From: Camelus ferus
Taxonomy: Eukaryota
DNA length: 64,000 bases
Direction: 5' to 3'
Assembly: GCF_009834535.1 (NCBI RefSeq)
Contig: NC_045696.1
Location: forward strand, 120,468,001 to 120,532,000
Shown: positions 34,816 to 46,715 of the stretch, piece by piece
Layout of the letters: each line of letters starts with the position of its first letter
Numbering within the stretch: the stretch's first letter is position 1
The notes under the pieces: generated by a model
Seen by the model: only the letters and a program-made list of their open reading frames with translations
Told to the model about the DNA's origin: nothing
Databases searched by the model: none
Made by a program: the position numbers and the translations under genes

Positions 34816-35416
34816 GTAACTACGTGGGCATTTGGAAGTAAACTTGTAACCATGTGACCAGCGTGAGGCTTGGGGTTCTAGCGATGGAATGTGAAATGCA
34901 TGTACAGAATTTGGAGTCAGAGTGGATGTGCTTGATACTGAAAAACAATTTTTTAGGAGCAGAAAGATCTCTTACTCCTCCTTATCTGCTCCTCTGCGGC
35001 TTAAGAAACATTCTCTCCTGAATTTGGGTGACTTGCTTCACCAGGTCCTCCCCTTGAGATCTTAATTTATGAATTCAAGTATCTAAACTCTAACTTAAGA
35101 TGTAGGGCTGGGTAACAGAGAGCACTAGCAAAAAACTGGTTGGTCTTTCCAGGATCCAGAGGACGTGTACCTAAAAAGATACCATATTATTTGTAATATA
35201 TGATAAGAAGAACAAGACCTGGTCCATCTGTCCAGCCCACACACTCAGGGCAAGTGTCTTGAGATTAATCCCATGAAATCTCACAAGTCACAATTTGATC
35301 ATCTTAAATTGTTTGGGGGAATTGTAAAAAAAAAAAAAAAAAAAAAAAAAAGTATCTGGAAAATGTGTCTCTGGGTCTCCTTGGTGAGGAAGTTCCTTAG
35401 GGACTCCCCCTGGGGG

Positions 35417-35555
35417 AGGGGTCTGATGCTCTGGGAAGAGGCCAAGGTACCATTTCATGCTCTGTTCCCGAACAGGCAGGGGTCTGATGCGATGGAAAGA
35501 GCCTTGCTCTGGGAAGAGGCCGAGATACCGTTTCATGCTCTGTTCCCGAACAGGC
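35417..35555 (+). repeat. Local tandem duplication (61-nt and 78-nt units)
   Basis: aggggtctgatgc...tctgggaagaggcc...tttcatgctctgttcccgaacaggc occurs twice. Confidence 0.9.
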
Positions 35556-35742
35556 TACTTTCTGTAAACCTGCAACATAGGACAGATAGGCTACTTTAGA
35601 AGGTTATGGTGAGAACTCAGTGACAGACCCTGCTACGTCTTAAACCTTCAGTAAATGTTTCCAGCCACCTTTTTTTTAAAATGTAACTTCCTTAGCATTC
35701 TTTTTCTTTTTTAGTGATCTTTTTTGGGGTTCAGGGTTTTTT

Positions 35743-35849
35743 GGGGGGGTAGGTAATTAGATTTATTTATTTTTAATGGAAGTACTGGGGATTGAACCCA
35801 GGACCTTGTGTGTGCTAAGCACACACTTTACCCCTGAGCTATACCCTCC
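35743..35849 (-). mobile_element. tRNA-derived SINE (Vic-1-like)
   Basis: gtactggggattgaacccaggacc...ctgagctataccctcc. Confidence 0.88.
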
Positions 35850-36348
35850 AGTGGTAAATGTAAGTCTCACGAGAGACTCATAATTACACTCCCCCTTTGT
35901 CTATCTTGGGAAGAGTTGTGTGTATGGTGAGATTTTACTCACATTAGGGTGTTAATCGACACAAGTTAGCCAAATAGAACAAGAAATCCAAAGGTAGAAA
36001 TCCAGGCCAGTAGGAACCATCCCTGATATGTGGCATGCTTCTGTATTCACTCTGTGGCAATATGGTGGGGACAGTTTGGTTGAAATCGGCCAACTTACAG
36101 CCCAAACACAAGTTGGATGGTGGCAGTGGATGGATGAGGCCAGGCGACCAGCATCTTGTCCCGTAGTCCTCATGGCCCCGTGAGGTGTGATTTATGGCGG
36201 GTGAGAGTACAGCCACATTCCACAGGGAGGGCAACGCTGGACCTGACGTGTACCCAGCCACCGCACCTGGAGCACAACACGCTGCTGGGGAAGAGCACAC
36301 GTGCCAGTGCTGTGCATTGACTGTCATACGTCTCTGTTCCTTCGACAG

Positions 36349-36402
36349 GGGAGAAGAGGCTGGCCAGGCCCCCCAGGAACACCGGGCTCCAGAAGAAAGA
36401 CA
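36349..36402 (+). CDS. COL6A6: COL6A6 collagenous exon, 54 nt
   Basis: cgacag|GRRGWPGPPGTPGSRRKT|gtaaga. Confidence 0.9.
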
Positions 36403-36954
36403 GTAAGAGTCCTCGTAGACAAGGAGCCCCCGCCCCGCGGCCTGTGTGGGGGTGAAATGGCTGATTGTGGGGGTGGGGGCTGGTGGGGGGGGCCCACGAC
36501 CTTGGGGGGGATTGACTCGGGACAGAGCTGGCGGAGGACTTGGGGAGGGGAGGCTCCCGGGGCCGAGGCAGGAAGGTGCTGGCTACAGGGGACATTGCCG
36601 GTCAGAAGAAAGAGCTGGGAAGAGAGACCGGCAAAGTAGCCGACTAGGGGAAGAGAGGGCAAGGTTTGGTTTAGTCACTAGGCCAACTGAGGTCTCAAGC
36701 CCAAAGCTCCATTCCTCTGCCAGGTTTCAGGGCGACTTAAAAAGTCAGTCCTGGTGGGAGTCCTGTCTCCTACCTTCCATTTTCTCTGCTTCGCGAAGAT
36801 GAGCAGTATGTTCCAGGATACGAGAGTGCTGTCTTGGAAGGAGTACTGCAGTCTTACGAACTGATTCTATGTGAACTTGTGCTCAGAAAATGCGGTGCAT
36901 GAAAAATGCAATATATAAACTACTTCTTATTTGTGCTAAATTTTAAAATATTAG

Positions 36955-37728
36955 ATACATTTTATTGAGATATAATTGATAGATAACATTATATTAGTTT
37001 CAGGCGTACAACATAGTGATTTAATATATGTACGTATTGCAAAATGACCACCATTCGACTAGCACGTCTAGTTAACATCCGTCACCACGAATCCGTAGTG
37101 AATGGATTTTTTTTTTCCTTGTGATGAAAACTTTTTAAGATCTACTCTCTTGGCAACTTTTATATATACGCTATCGTAGTATTAACTATAGTCACCATGC
37201 TGTATGTTACATCCCGTGACTCAATTATTTTATTACTGGAAGTTCATATCTTTTGACTCCCTCCACCCATCTCACCCCACCCCTACCGCTAGCCTCTGGC
37301 CACCGCTAATCTGTTCTCTGTGTCTATGAGTTGGGTTGATTTTCTTTTTAAGATTCTGCATATAAGTGAGATCATACAGTGTTTGTCTGTCTCTGACTTA
37401 CTTAACTTAGCATAATACCATCAGGGTCCATCCACGTTGTCACAAATGGCAAGAGTTCCTTTTTTATGGCTGAATAATGTTGTGTGTGTGTGTGTGTATG
37501 TATATTATATATATACATATATACCACAGTTTCTTTATTTATTCATCCATCAGTGGAAACCTAGGTCACTTCTATTTCTTGGCTATCATAAATAATGTTT
37601 CAGTGAACATGGCGGGCATAGCTTTTTGAATTAGTATTTTTACTTCCTTTGGATAAATACCCAGAAGTGAAATTGCTGGGTCATATGGTAGTTAGGCATT
37701 TAATTTTTTAAGGAACCTCCATATTGTT
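36955..37728 (-). mobile_element. L1 (L1MA-like) 3' fragment
   Basis: tattgagatataattga...aagatctactctct...taagtgagatcatacagt...ggataaatacccagaagtg...gctgggtcatatggtagt...aggaacctccata. Confidence 0.8.
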
Positions 37729-39602
37729 GAAAAGATTATATATTATACATGCCTATAAAAATATATATCTGACAGCAAAATTCGGTCACTTATGGAAACT
37801 TTTAGGGTCTTTGTTGTTTCGTTGTTGTTCAAGTACTTTTTTAGAAAGATTCTGTGCTTGACTTCTTAAAAGAGGACTGAGATTATAAGAGATTCTTCAT
37901 TCACTGAGAAGAGATAGCTTGAATGAAATACACTTAAATGCCTGCGGTGGGTTCTAAATTAGACCTGTCTTTCCTCATTGGGCAACATTTTCTTCCCATT
38001 CTTCATTAGTTTAATTTTTAAATTGAGCAGAAATAAAAACTAGTTTAATATATTGCATTTATGATACATTGTATTTTCTGAGCAGAAGTTCAGAGACCCA
38101 GCCATTATGCTCCACTGGGAAAATATTTTCTGTTTCTTGGAACACACTCTTCCTCTCTGCAAGGCAGACAAAATAGAAATAAGAACAGATGATGTTTAAA
38201 ATGCACAGAATTTAATAGTTGGGAAAGCACTTTTTAGTGCATCTCAAGATTTAAAAAATACATTTGCAATTTATTTCCCTTTCTAAAAGGGTGTAACCCG
38301 TTTACATATCTCAGGAAAATATTTTGAACTTAAAGACTATCATCCAAAAAATCCTGGCGTAGGAGATGTACTTTTATTGTCTTATAGAGGTTCTAATCTC
38401 TGTAGAGGCGAATGCAGGATCACAATGTATTGTTTAAACCATGTAACTCCTAAGAAATGCAGCCCCATCTCGGATTATAGATTGAGCAGTGTCCTTCGGG
38501 AGCAACAGCACACTTCCAGCTGAAGATGGCAAAGTCACGGTGTTCTTTATACAACTCCCTTTTCTGTGCAACTCACCAGAAACAACAAAGGAAATTAAAA
38601 GTAGATTAACAAAGAATGACGACAACTTCAAACCACACATGTTGACCAGTATTGGCCAACGATTTTAAAATCTGGATCCTAATGAGGGAGACTTTGGAGA
38701 ACTGACACCCCGCAGCTGGAGCAGGAAAATCAGATGGATCTAAAAGTCGCTGCTGTAGTCGTGAGTTAAAAATCCAGCGGCACTGTAGATTTGGAGAAGA
38801 TATACCATGTCCTCACCTTTCATTATAGGGAGTGAGTGTCTAAACATCACCACAAGCTAAGATATACTCAGAGCATAACCAAACCTCCTCTTTTTTTTTT
38901 TTTAAATAATCATTTGTTCCTCTTTTGGGGACTGTGTATCTCTTATTGTCAAGAAATGTTACCACTTGACATTTCCAGTTTTATTTTTTTCTTCTGTTAA
39001 ATCCAAGTGAAATTACATGTAATATCTTAATTTTAGAATAGCATGAATAGCATGCCTGTTTTAATCAAAAGTACCACTGTTCAGAACTCTAAGTATGCAC
39101 AGGAAGACGTCAGAAATTATGATTACCAAATGTTAATAATAATTATTTCTAAATGGAGGATTTGGGATGACTTTTAAATTTTACTGTGTCTTTTCTGCAT
39201 TTGAATATTTAAAAATCTGTATGTATCATTTTGTACAATACCAGTAAAGTCATTCTTTTAGAAAGAAAAATCTGTACCACTGACTACAAAACTCTAAGAT
39301 AAATAGGTAGATAACAAGCATCGAGGGTTGAGTGCAATAAAATTCTGTTGAACAGATAAATGATTGGAGGATGGCTAGTGGTGGGTGGTGGCCAGTGGTA
39401 GGATGGTGGCTGGAGGTAGGAGGGTGGCCAGTGGTAGGGGGTGGCATAGATAGAAATAAGAGCAGTTGACTAAATCTGACCTCTGTGCATTTGGTGAACA
39501 TCCGCTGAGCACCCACAACGGCTCAGCAGCTCTAACTACCAGAGCTACAGACTCAACTAAGACATAACCTTTGCTCTCAGGGACTTAGGATCATGTTGTA
39601 GG

Positions 39603-39820
39603 GCGTGGCGTCTCAGCCTGATAGTGACATTTGGGCTGAATAACCCTCTGTTGTGGGAGCCACCTTGTCCATTGTAGGATCTCCAGTATCTTCCTGGGGC
39701 TCTACCCGCTTGGTGCCAGTAGCCCCCCTGACTTGTGACAGTGAAAAATCTCTGGACATTGCCAGATGTTCCCAGGGAAGGGGGTTGCTAAATCCGCCTC
39801 TTGCAGTGGAGAAACCACTG
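39603..39820 (-). mobile_element. MER20-like hAT DNA transposon
   Basis: Reverse-complement homolog of 4566-4788, ending gagaaaccactg. Confidence 0.75.
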
Positions 39821-42578
39821 TTGTAGAGTCTCTCTAGGGCTGACAAGCTGTTTTGTTGCTCTGCAAGGAGTTGGGGCGGCGGGGGGGGGGGGGGGATCAG
39901 AGCCAGAAAGCTGCTGTCCTTGGGGGTCAGGAGGGGCAGGAATGGGGGGTTGGCTCTTTCTGAGCCAAACTTCACTAAGAATGAGACTAGATTGCTGTGG
40001 CATGGGCGATGAGAAGGAATTGTAGCCTCAAACTACAGCAGGACCTCTGTCCTCTCCAGAGCTGAGAGCTGCTCCTTGTGCTTTGCCCTTTTCCTCTCTC
40101 TCTCAGCACTGCGTTAGGCAGGGTCATTCATCACTGTGAATCCTAGAAGCACTCTAGGACGGGCATTCATCATTGTGAATGAGCTTGCTGTTAAGACTGA
40201 GTATCACTGTGATGTTTTACTGTTAAGAATGTCCCGCTTTTTTTCTGGGGATTCTGTGTTCCAAATCAGTCCACACCTCTCCAGGAAAGTGGACCCTGAT
40301 AAACCACCAGAAAGCCAGGGCGTAGTGGGCGGAGGGACTGACGACCCTGCTCTGGGTCCTTTTACCCTCAGGTTGTCTTTGGGGGAGATTTTCTTCTTGA
40401 TGAGCCTGTTGACATTCCCTTTCACCAGGACAGCAGGCTGTCTGGCTCTGTAACCAGCCCACTGCAAGCCCTCGGGCAACCCATTACGGCATGTGGGGAT
40501 TTCACCGTTCCCATCTAAAACACTTGAAAATTGGAAGCAACGCTGTGAAGCCATTTCCCCGTTTTCTGTGTGTCTCTCGCACCTGCTCATGACTTTGGAG
40601 TTGAAAGCCGAGTAGCCACTGAAAGACGTGCTAGGCAATGGCTTCGGGGGTGTTCCCATTATTTGCGTGAATGGAAGATCAAAGACTGTCTCTTCCATTA
40701 GGCTTTCAAGCCCCGCCCAGGGGCCGGAGTCGGTTTTCACTCAGCACTCATCCCAGTGCCTCTCGGGGAGCAGGTCAATAAATGGGTTGAGATGATTCAT
40801 TTTACTCAAGCTCTTCCAAAGTCAGGCTGTAAAGACACAGAAAACAAATGCTTATTGCTTATATTTCAACCACAGACAGTAGACCAGAGATTTGGGGATA
40901 AAAAGGCTTGTTTTATAGCCCTTATTTTGCCTGAAGACAAGGTTGCGTTCAGTCGTTCCTACCACAGCCAGATGTATCCACCGAAAGCCTAGGTCTAGGC
41001 ACCTACATTTCTTGCTCCAACAACCACAGAGGTTTCTCCTACTAAATGGAGTAAGAACCCTTCAGTCTAGTATTCTCAGCCTAGTAACCGTCCTACTCGC
41101 CTTTTCTCATATCCTTGGCAAGACTTGCCACCATCAAATGTATTTCCTAGCTTCCTGCCCCTACTTCACTGCTTAGGCTGTGTCCTCTGCTAAAAAGACT
41201 TCTCTCATCCTCTACCTGTGGAACTCCTACACGTCCTGTGAAACCCATCTCAAAACTCTCTTCCTCTAGGAAGATTTTCCTGATTGGACCAATTGGGTAT
41301 GATTGCTTTCTTTGAAACCCTTGTTTCTATCTTGCCCTTTCTTATAGCATTTGCCATATTCTGCCTTATAAATATTTGTAATATTTATCCCTACCCACCC
41401 CAAAGAGTGAGGGTCCCCTGAGGTCAAGAGCTGTGTGTGTATGTATGTGTGTGTCAACTTTACGCTCCTGTGGTTCCCGTCCAATACGCTTTGTGGGAAG
41501 TAGATCCCGGGTAGATATTTTTCTGAATGAAATGGAAGTGAATGGAACCAGAACAGACAAACCCTTGTGTGAGAAAAGTAAAGGGAGCCGCTTTTCCTCC
41601 CTCTGATGGGGGGGGGGGTTTAGACTTTCAAAATGACTCATCAGGTTTTAAAGAATTAGGCCTCCAACCATTTCCCCAGATAAACAGTCTGTCATCTAAA
41701 TAATACTAGATTTTGACTGAAATATGATTGGAAGAATTTAAAGTCTGCAGTACTGGCCTCAACATAGAAATTTGAGCTGAATGTCTCAAATAAATTTCCA
41801 TCAAGAAAATGTTGTCTGATATTGATTGAATTTTGCAAATCCTGGATGTCAGTCTTCCTGTAACCTTACAGAGAGGCCCTAAATTAGACAGTAAAATGTC
41901 TTTGTCTCTTGGTTTCCAGATTTATGAAATACTGATCTAGAATATACTCTGATCTTAACCTTATATGTGAGAATAGTAGGAAAAATCCACCTGATCTGGT
42001 AGTGTCATTTTTTAATTGGATATTTTATTAACCTGCTGAATTGAGTAACTTTTGAATGCTTAAGATGATTCTTTCATTTCTGACAGGTAAGTGTGTTTGT
42101 CATCTTCAAGGAGAGGGTGATAAAATTAGTTTAGCTATCTTTGGCTTCTGAAATTAATCTGTTAGAAAGTTCACGAAGTCAGTTCTCCACTGCTTCCTCT
42201 GGCCTCCTGCCTTTTGGCCACTTCTGCCTCAGATTTCTGGCTTGCTTGGTAGTCCTTTGGAAAAATGAAAAGAAAGAAAATTCAGATTCAACAGTTTTGG
42301 AGCTTGTGACTAGCTCTAGTACTGGCTAAGTGGGGGATGAACTATTGACCATGGTCTGGTCTCACAAATGTCCATAGATTTCCATTGTCTGTGATTTTAA
42401 TTATCTGTTGCCCAAGTGGGCAACATTTTGCTTTCACAGTGCAGTGGATAAACTTAAAGCAGTATGTGGGAACTTTTTCATTCAATGTCAGTGCCTTAAG
42501 GTGTCTGTTACTAATTTAAACATAAAAAGGCATTTTTTCTTCCAAGTTAATTATATCTACCTCCTTTTCCTATCTTAG

Positions 42579-42614
42579 ACAGCTCATGGCCGGAGGGGAC
42601 ATACAGGCCCACAG
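42579..42614 (+). CDS. COL6A6: COL6A6 collagenous exon, 36 nt
   Basis: tcttag|TAHGRRGHTGPQ|gtacag; the frame requires the first AG (42577-42578). Confidence 0.85.
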
Positions 42615-43454
42615 GTACAGCAACTTTTTTCTTAACTGCAAATGATAAAATCTCTGAATCCAGCCAAGGAACTGGAATAAAGGCTCTGAGTCTCTTCCAA
42701 GCCTAAGATTCTTTCACTCTTTGATACTATTGCTTATGGAATTAAGTGCTGGAAAATGTTTAGGCTACAACCTAAAGAACTTAAATCTTAAAAGAAAATT
42801 AAATCTTGGGCACTTCAATCAAAAACAATACTAATTAATGATAAGAGACAATATTTGGCCAAATTGTTCGATTTAACTTTGTTTTTGGATTCAAGTATAA
42901 AGTCTAGTAACTCAATGCCTTTCAGATTTTCAGTTAACTCTGAAACCTTACTTATAATTTGCATAAACCCCTTTTAAACCAAGAGAGTCTAATACAGACT
43001 GGATTACCCGAATGTTTTGTTCAAAAGTCGACTCTACAAACTGTCATGTTATATCCCCTTTGTATATGTTGGTGGTATGTTACACATGCTTCATGGACCT
43101 ACAATATTTATGAAAGAGCAGTGACCTGGAATTTTACAAAATTGAGGAAACACACATCCTCATATTGAAAATGCAATGAGGATAAGTAATGAATCTACTC
43201 AGTCACATCATGGTACAACTCTGGAAGGTTAAGAAAAGATCTTAAACTACCAGAGAGAAGAGAGATTCTTACCCATGAAAAGAATAACCAAATAGGTTGC
43301 AGCAGACTTCTGTTCAACAATAATACATGTCAAAAAAACAACAAAGTAATATTTTGCAGATGTAGAAGAAAAGTCACTTAACTTAGAATTTTATACCTAG
43401 CTAGACTATGAGTGGCTACAAAATAGACATTTCCAGATAGACGAAGATGAAGAA

Positions 43455-43456
<2 letters not shown>

Positions 43457-43485
<29 letters not shown>

Positions 43486-43486
43486 A
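43457..43486 (+). repeat. (AC)n microsatellite
   Basis: Perfect AC run. Confidence 0.9.
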
Positions 43487-44137
43487 CTCAAGGTTAGACT
43501 GTTGCAGCAAAACAGAGCAAATCCAGAAAAATGGCATGAACTCAATGAGATGAGATTGAGGAGAGAAGGTGTTGAGAAGTTTCCTCTTTCTGATTTCTAA
43601 GAAAAGGCATCAGAGGGGGCCAGTTAATCTCATCTAACTGTGCAACCACTGAGAGAAATTTAGGCTCCCCTATAGTCCAAATGAACCTTTTTAATCTTAT
43701 TTGGAATCCTTCTCTGCGGCAGAGTTCAAGGGCAGTGCAAAAGGAATGCTCAACTTTTGATCCCTAGGTGTTTTATCTATTTGAGTATAAAGATAATGTA
43801 AGATGCCTGGAGATGTTTGAAGAAAATGTGAATTGTGGGTTTTTTCAGGCCAAACACCCAAGTTTGATACAGTATAGGACAAGGAAAAGAAGGGAGTGTA
43901 TGTGTGCGCCCCTGTGTATGAAGACTGAGAGCAAATACACTGACATACTAGTTTGTGGTTTTCTCTGCTTGATGATATTATGGAAGATTTTTATTCTCTT
44001 GGATTTCCCTTTATTTTTCATATTTTTTGCAAAGATTCTGCACTGCCATTATGATTGAAAAAATTTAGAATCACACTCATGAAGGAGACAGAATTCTTAG
44101 GAAACGGTGGTAATAGTTGGATGCTCTCTCACCACAG

Positions 44138-44200
44138 GGGGAAGCAGGCACCCCGGGCCCAGACGGACTTGCAGGCTCCCTGGGACTTAAGGGCCCTCAG
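44138..44200 (+). CDS. COL6A6: COL6A6 collagenous exon, 63 nt
   Basis: ccacag|GEAGTPGPDGLAGSLGLKGPQ|gtacgt. Confidence 0.92.
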
Positions 44201-45571
44201 GTACGTATCCAGACTAATCAGGCTGTGAGGACAGAAGGAAGAATCTACAGCTTTGAGAGAATCCCTCAACCCTTCTTGCAGAATTAGACATTTCAAGTGT
44301 CTTCAGGGTGATAGAGGAAGGAAATGACAGCCGTCCTGACTTAGATAAAGGAGACCCAATGCTGTCTTGAGGTTCATTCCAGTCAAGAGGTAAAAAGAAA
44401 CTGCACACACTGGACAGTGGTCCCTGTGTGATGGGTCCAGGCTAGTGAGGGCATTCTAGGGAGACTTGGATCCAAGGACAAAGTTGAGCCTCAAAAATGG
44501 GAATTTGGGTCAATTTAGCAGAGCGAGAGCTCAGTGTTACTTACCTGGATGCCTGTGATGTAGAAAAATTGGCTCCACCCTGGGAATGCATTGTCCCCAG
44601 TGCGGCTGACATGTGCAGTAGGGTACCTTTTGAGCTTCCTTGTCCAGGGAGCTGCCTCAGTACGTTTTCCTTTGCAAGGAAGAAGCTGAGGTTGGCTCTT
44701 ACACTGATTGCACGAGGGGCAAGGAAGCATGTGCCAGAAAGAGCAAAATGCAGCCAAAAGAACAAGAGAGGAAGGGATGTCCTAGAAAATGCTGAGACGA
44801 GAGAAAGAAGGCTAGACTATAGGAAACTTAGAATATTTTTTCCTTTCCAAACTTTGACTCTCGAAACCTTGAGAAATAAACTTACTCTTTGTCGAATGCA
44901 AGACAAGCAAGTTTTCTGTCATTTTTCAAAGTTTTAATCCATGGAGCTAAAAGAAATTGAAGTAACTATCATATGTTGGCAGCTGGGTGCCTAGAAGCTG
45001 GGCAGACTGTCCTTTAAGACATCAAAGAAGAAACTCAATCCACATTTTATCAAAATTGCAGAACAGAAAACAGTCTGCCTCCGGGACTTCCATCTCTTTC
45101 CAACGTGATTGCTTTTCTTTGTCTCACTTGGTAGCCAAGGAAAGTTGATTTTTCTTACCTTCAAGTGAGAAATATTTGCCACTGGGATTGTGGGGAAGTA
45201 TTTCAATAGGCTGGCTGGCTTTATTTGAGGCTGAACAAGTAATATATCACTTTTGCCATTTTATAGACTCTCTTTTTTATGACATAACTTAAAAGGAGAT
45301 ACAAAAAACCAAATGCAGCATGAAGGTCTCTGCATGATGTATGGAAGCCAGACTTAACAGACAACGTCATATTCCGGAAGTAGCATTATCCGAGTTTCAT
45401 CTCACCAAGGGCGATGTCGTATTTATGACCAGTCTTCGGTGTGGTTATTAAATAGAAAATCCATTTAATTATCTCAGTGTCAGGTTTACATAAGTAAGAA
45501 TTAATTTTTTAACATAACAAGCAGATGCATTTGGAATACAAAGATGCTCAGGATAATTAGAAAGCAAAATA

Positions 45572-45714
45572 GGAGGAGGTAGAGCTCAGTGGGACAGTGC
45601 ACACTGGGCTCAATCCCCAGTCCCTCCATTAAAAATAAATGAATAAATAAGTAAACCTAATTATCCCTCTCCCCTCAAAAAAAAGTTAAAAGAAATAAGA
45701 GAAGAAAAAAAAAA
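45572..45714 (+). mobile_element. tRNA-derived SINE (Vic-1-like), internally deleted
   Basis: agctcagtgg...ctgggctcaatccccagt...aaacctaatt; lacks the central gcttagcatgcacgagg; agaaagca on both flanks. Confidence 0.8.
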
Positions 45715-45985
45715 GAAAGCAGTACTGTGAAACTCAACTGTTCAGTATTTCTTCACTTTGACTGCAAATGCCCAACCGTCTAAACACTGGATTGACCCCT
45801 TGTATCCTTGCCAAGAGGGGGAGATACTCGACCGATCAAGGTAGACCCAAAGGCATGCATGGAGTTCTCTTTCTTTCCAATTTCTGCCCATGTGACTGAC
45901 TTAGCATTTCTGTTTTTAATATTCAGGTTAACATCGTAGCGTTCTCTTTCAGCGAGAGAGTAATGCTCTAATTCTCTGCATGCAG

Positions 45986-46048
45986 GGCCCAAGAGGAGAG
46001 CCTGGTGTGAAAGGAGAGAAAGGAAGTCTGGGAAGTAAAGGACCCCAG
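45986..46048 (+). CDS. COL6A6: COL6A6 collagenous exon, 63 nt
   Basis: atgcag|GPRGEPGVKGEKGSLGSKGPQ|gtaggt. Confidence 0.92.
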
Positions 46049-46547
46049 GTAGGTGATGAGAGAAATGACTGCATCTGGCTTGGGTCTGGGCTTCAGCGTG
46101 TCTCTGCTGGTGGGGTCCTCCCTGCAGGCGGAGTTACTTAGGGCCTCTGAGCCAGCAACGTGTACGAGGTTTGACTGCAGTGCACCAGGTGGTGGCCCCG
46201 TCGCGTTCTGGTCCCTGTCTTGCAGAGCGGGTGTCCTTCTGTCAGACACCGAGGTGGGAGACGTTTTCTAGCCCCCTTTGCCCCAGCAGCTCAGCCATTA
46301 CTGTGAGGTTAAGAATTCCTCCTCTGTGTAAACGAGGTCATGTGACTCCCCTGAGCCCCAGCCTCCGGGCTTCCCCTCACACCCAGAATACAGCCTACTT
46401 CTGTGTTCCTCAACTAGCTACACGGGAGAATCCCCTGGGCCGGCTGTGGAACACTCCACCGCCAGAACCCTCCCCAGATCACTGAAACCAGAATTCTCCC
46501 GGGTGATTCTGATACACCGGCCCAGCGCTGGGAGTGACGGTCCAGCA

Positions 46548-46715
46548 TCAGCAACACTCCAGCTTCAAAGTGCATGATAATCACACAGAGAACTTGTTAA
46601 AATGCAGGCTCCGATGCAGTAGGTCTGGGGTGGGGCTTGAGATTCCACACTTTTCCCACCAGCTTGCAGGTGATGCTGCTGCTGCTGGTCCCCGGACCAC
46701 ACTTTGAGTAGCAAG
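46548..46715. mobile_element. MER5-family hAT-Charlie element
   Basis: cttgttaaaatgcagg...gtaggtctggggtggggcttgaga...caggtgatgctg...ggaccacactttgagtagcaag. Confidence 0.8.

Noticed and set aside
39370..39445. Degenerate ~18-nt repeat ggtggccagtggtagg
   Set aside because: Short, imperfect low-complexity repeat with no evidence of function.
40136..40740. Cluster of 80-180 aa ORFs on both strands in a long intron
   Set aside because: No recognisable domain, splice structure or poly(A)/TSD suggesting a nested gene or retrocopy; consistent with chance ORFs.
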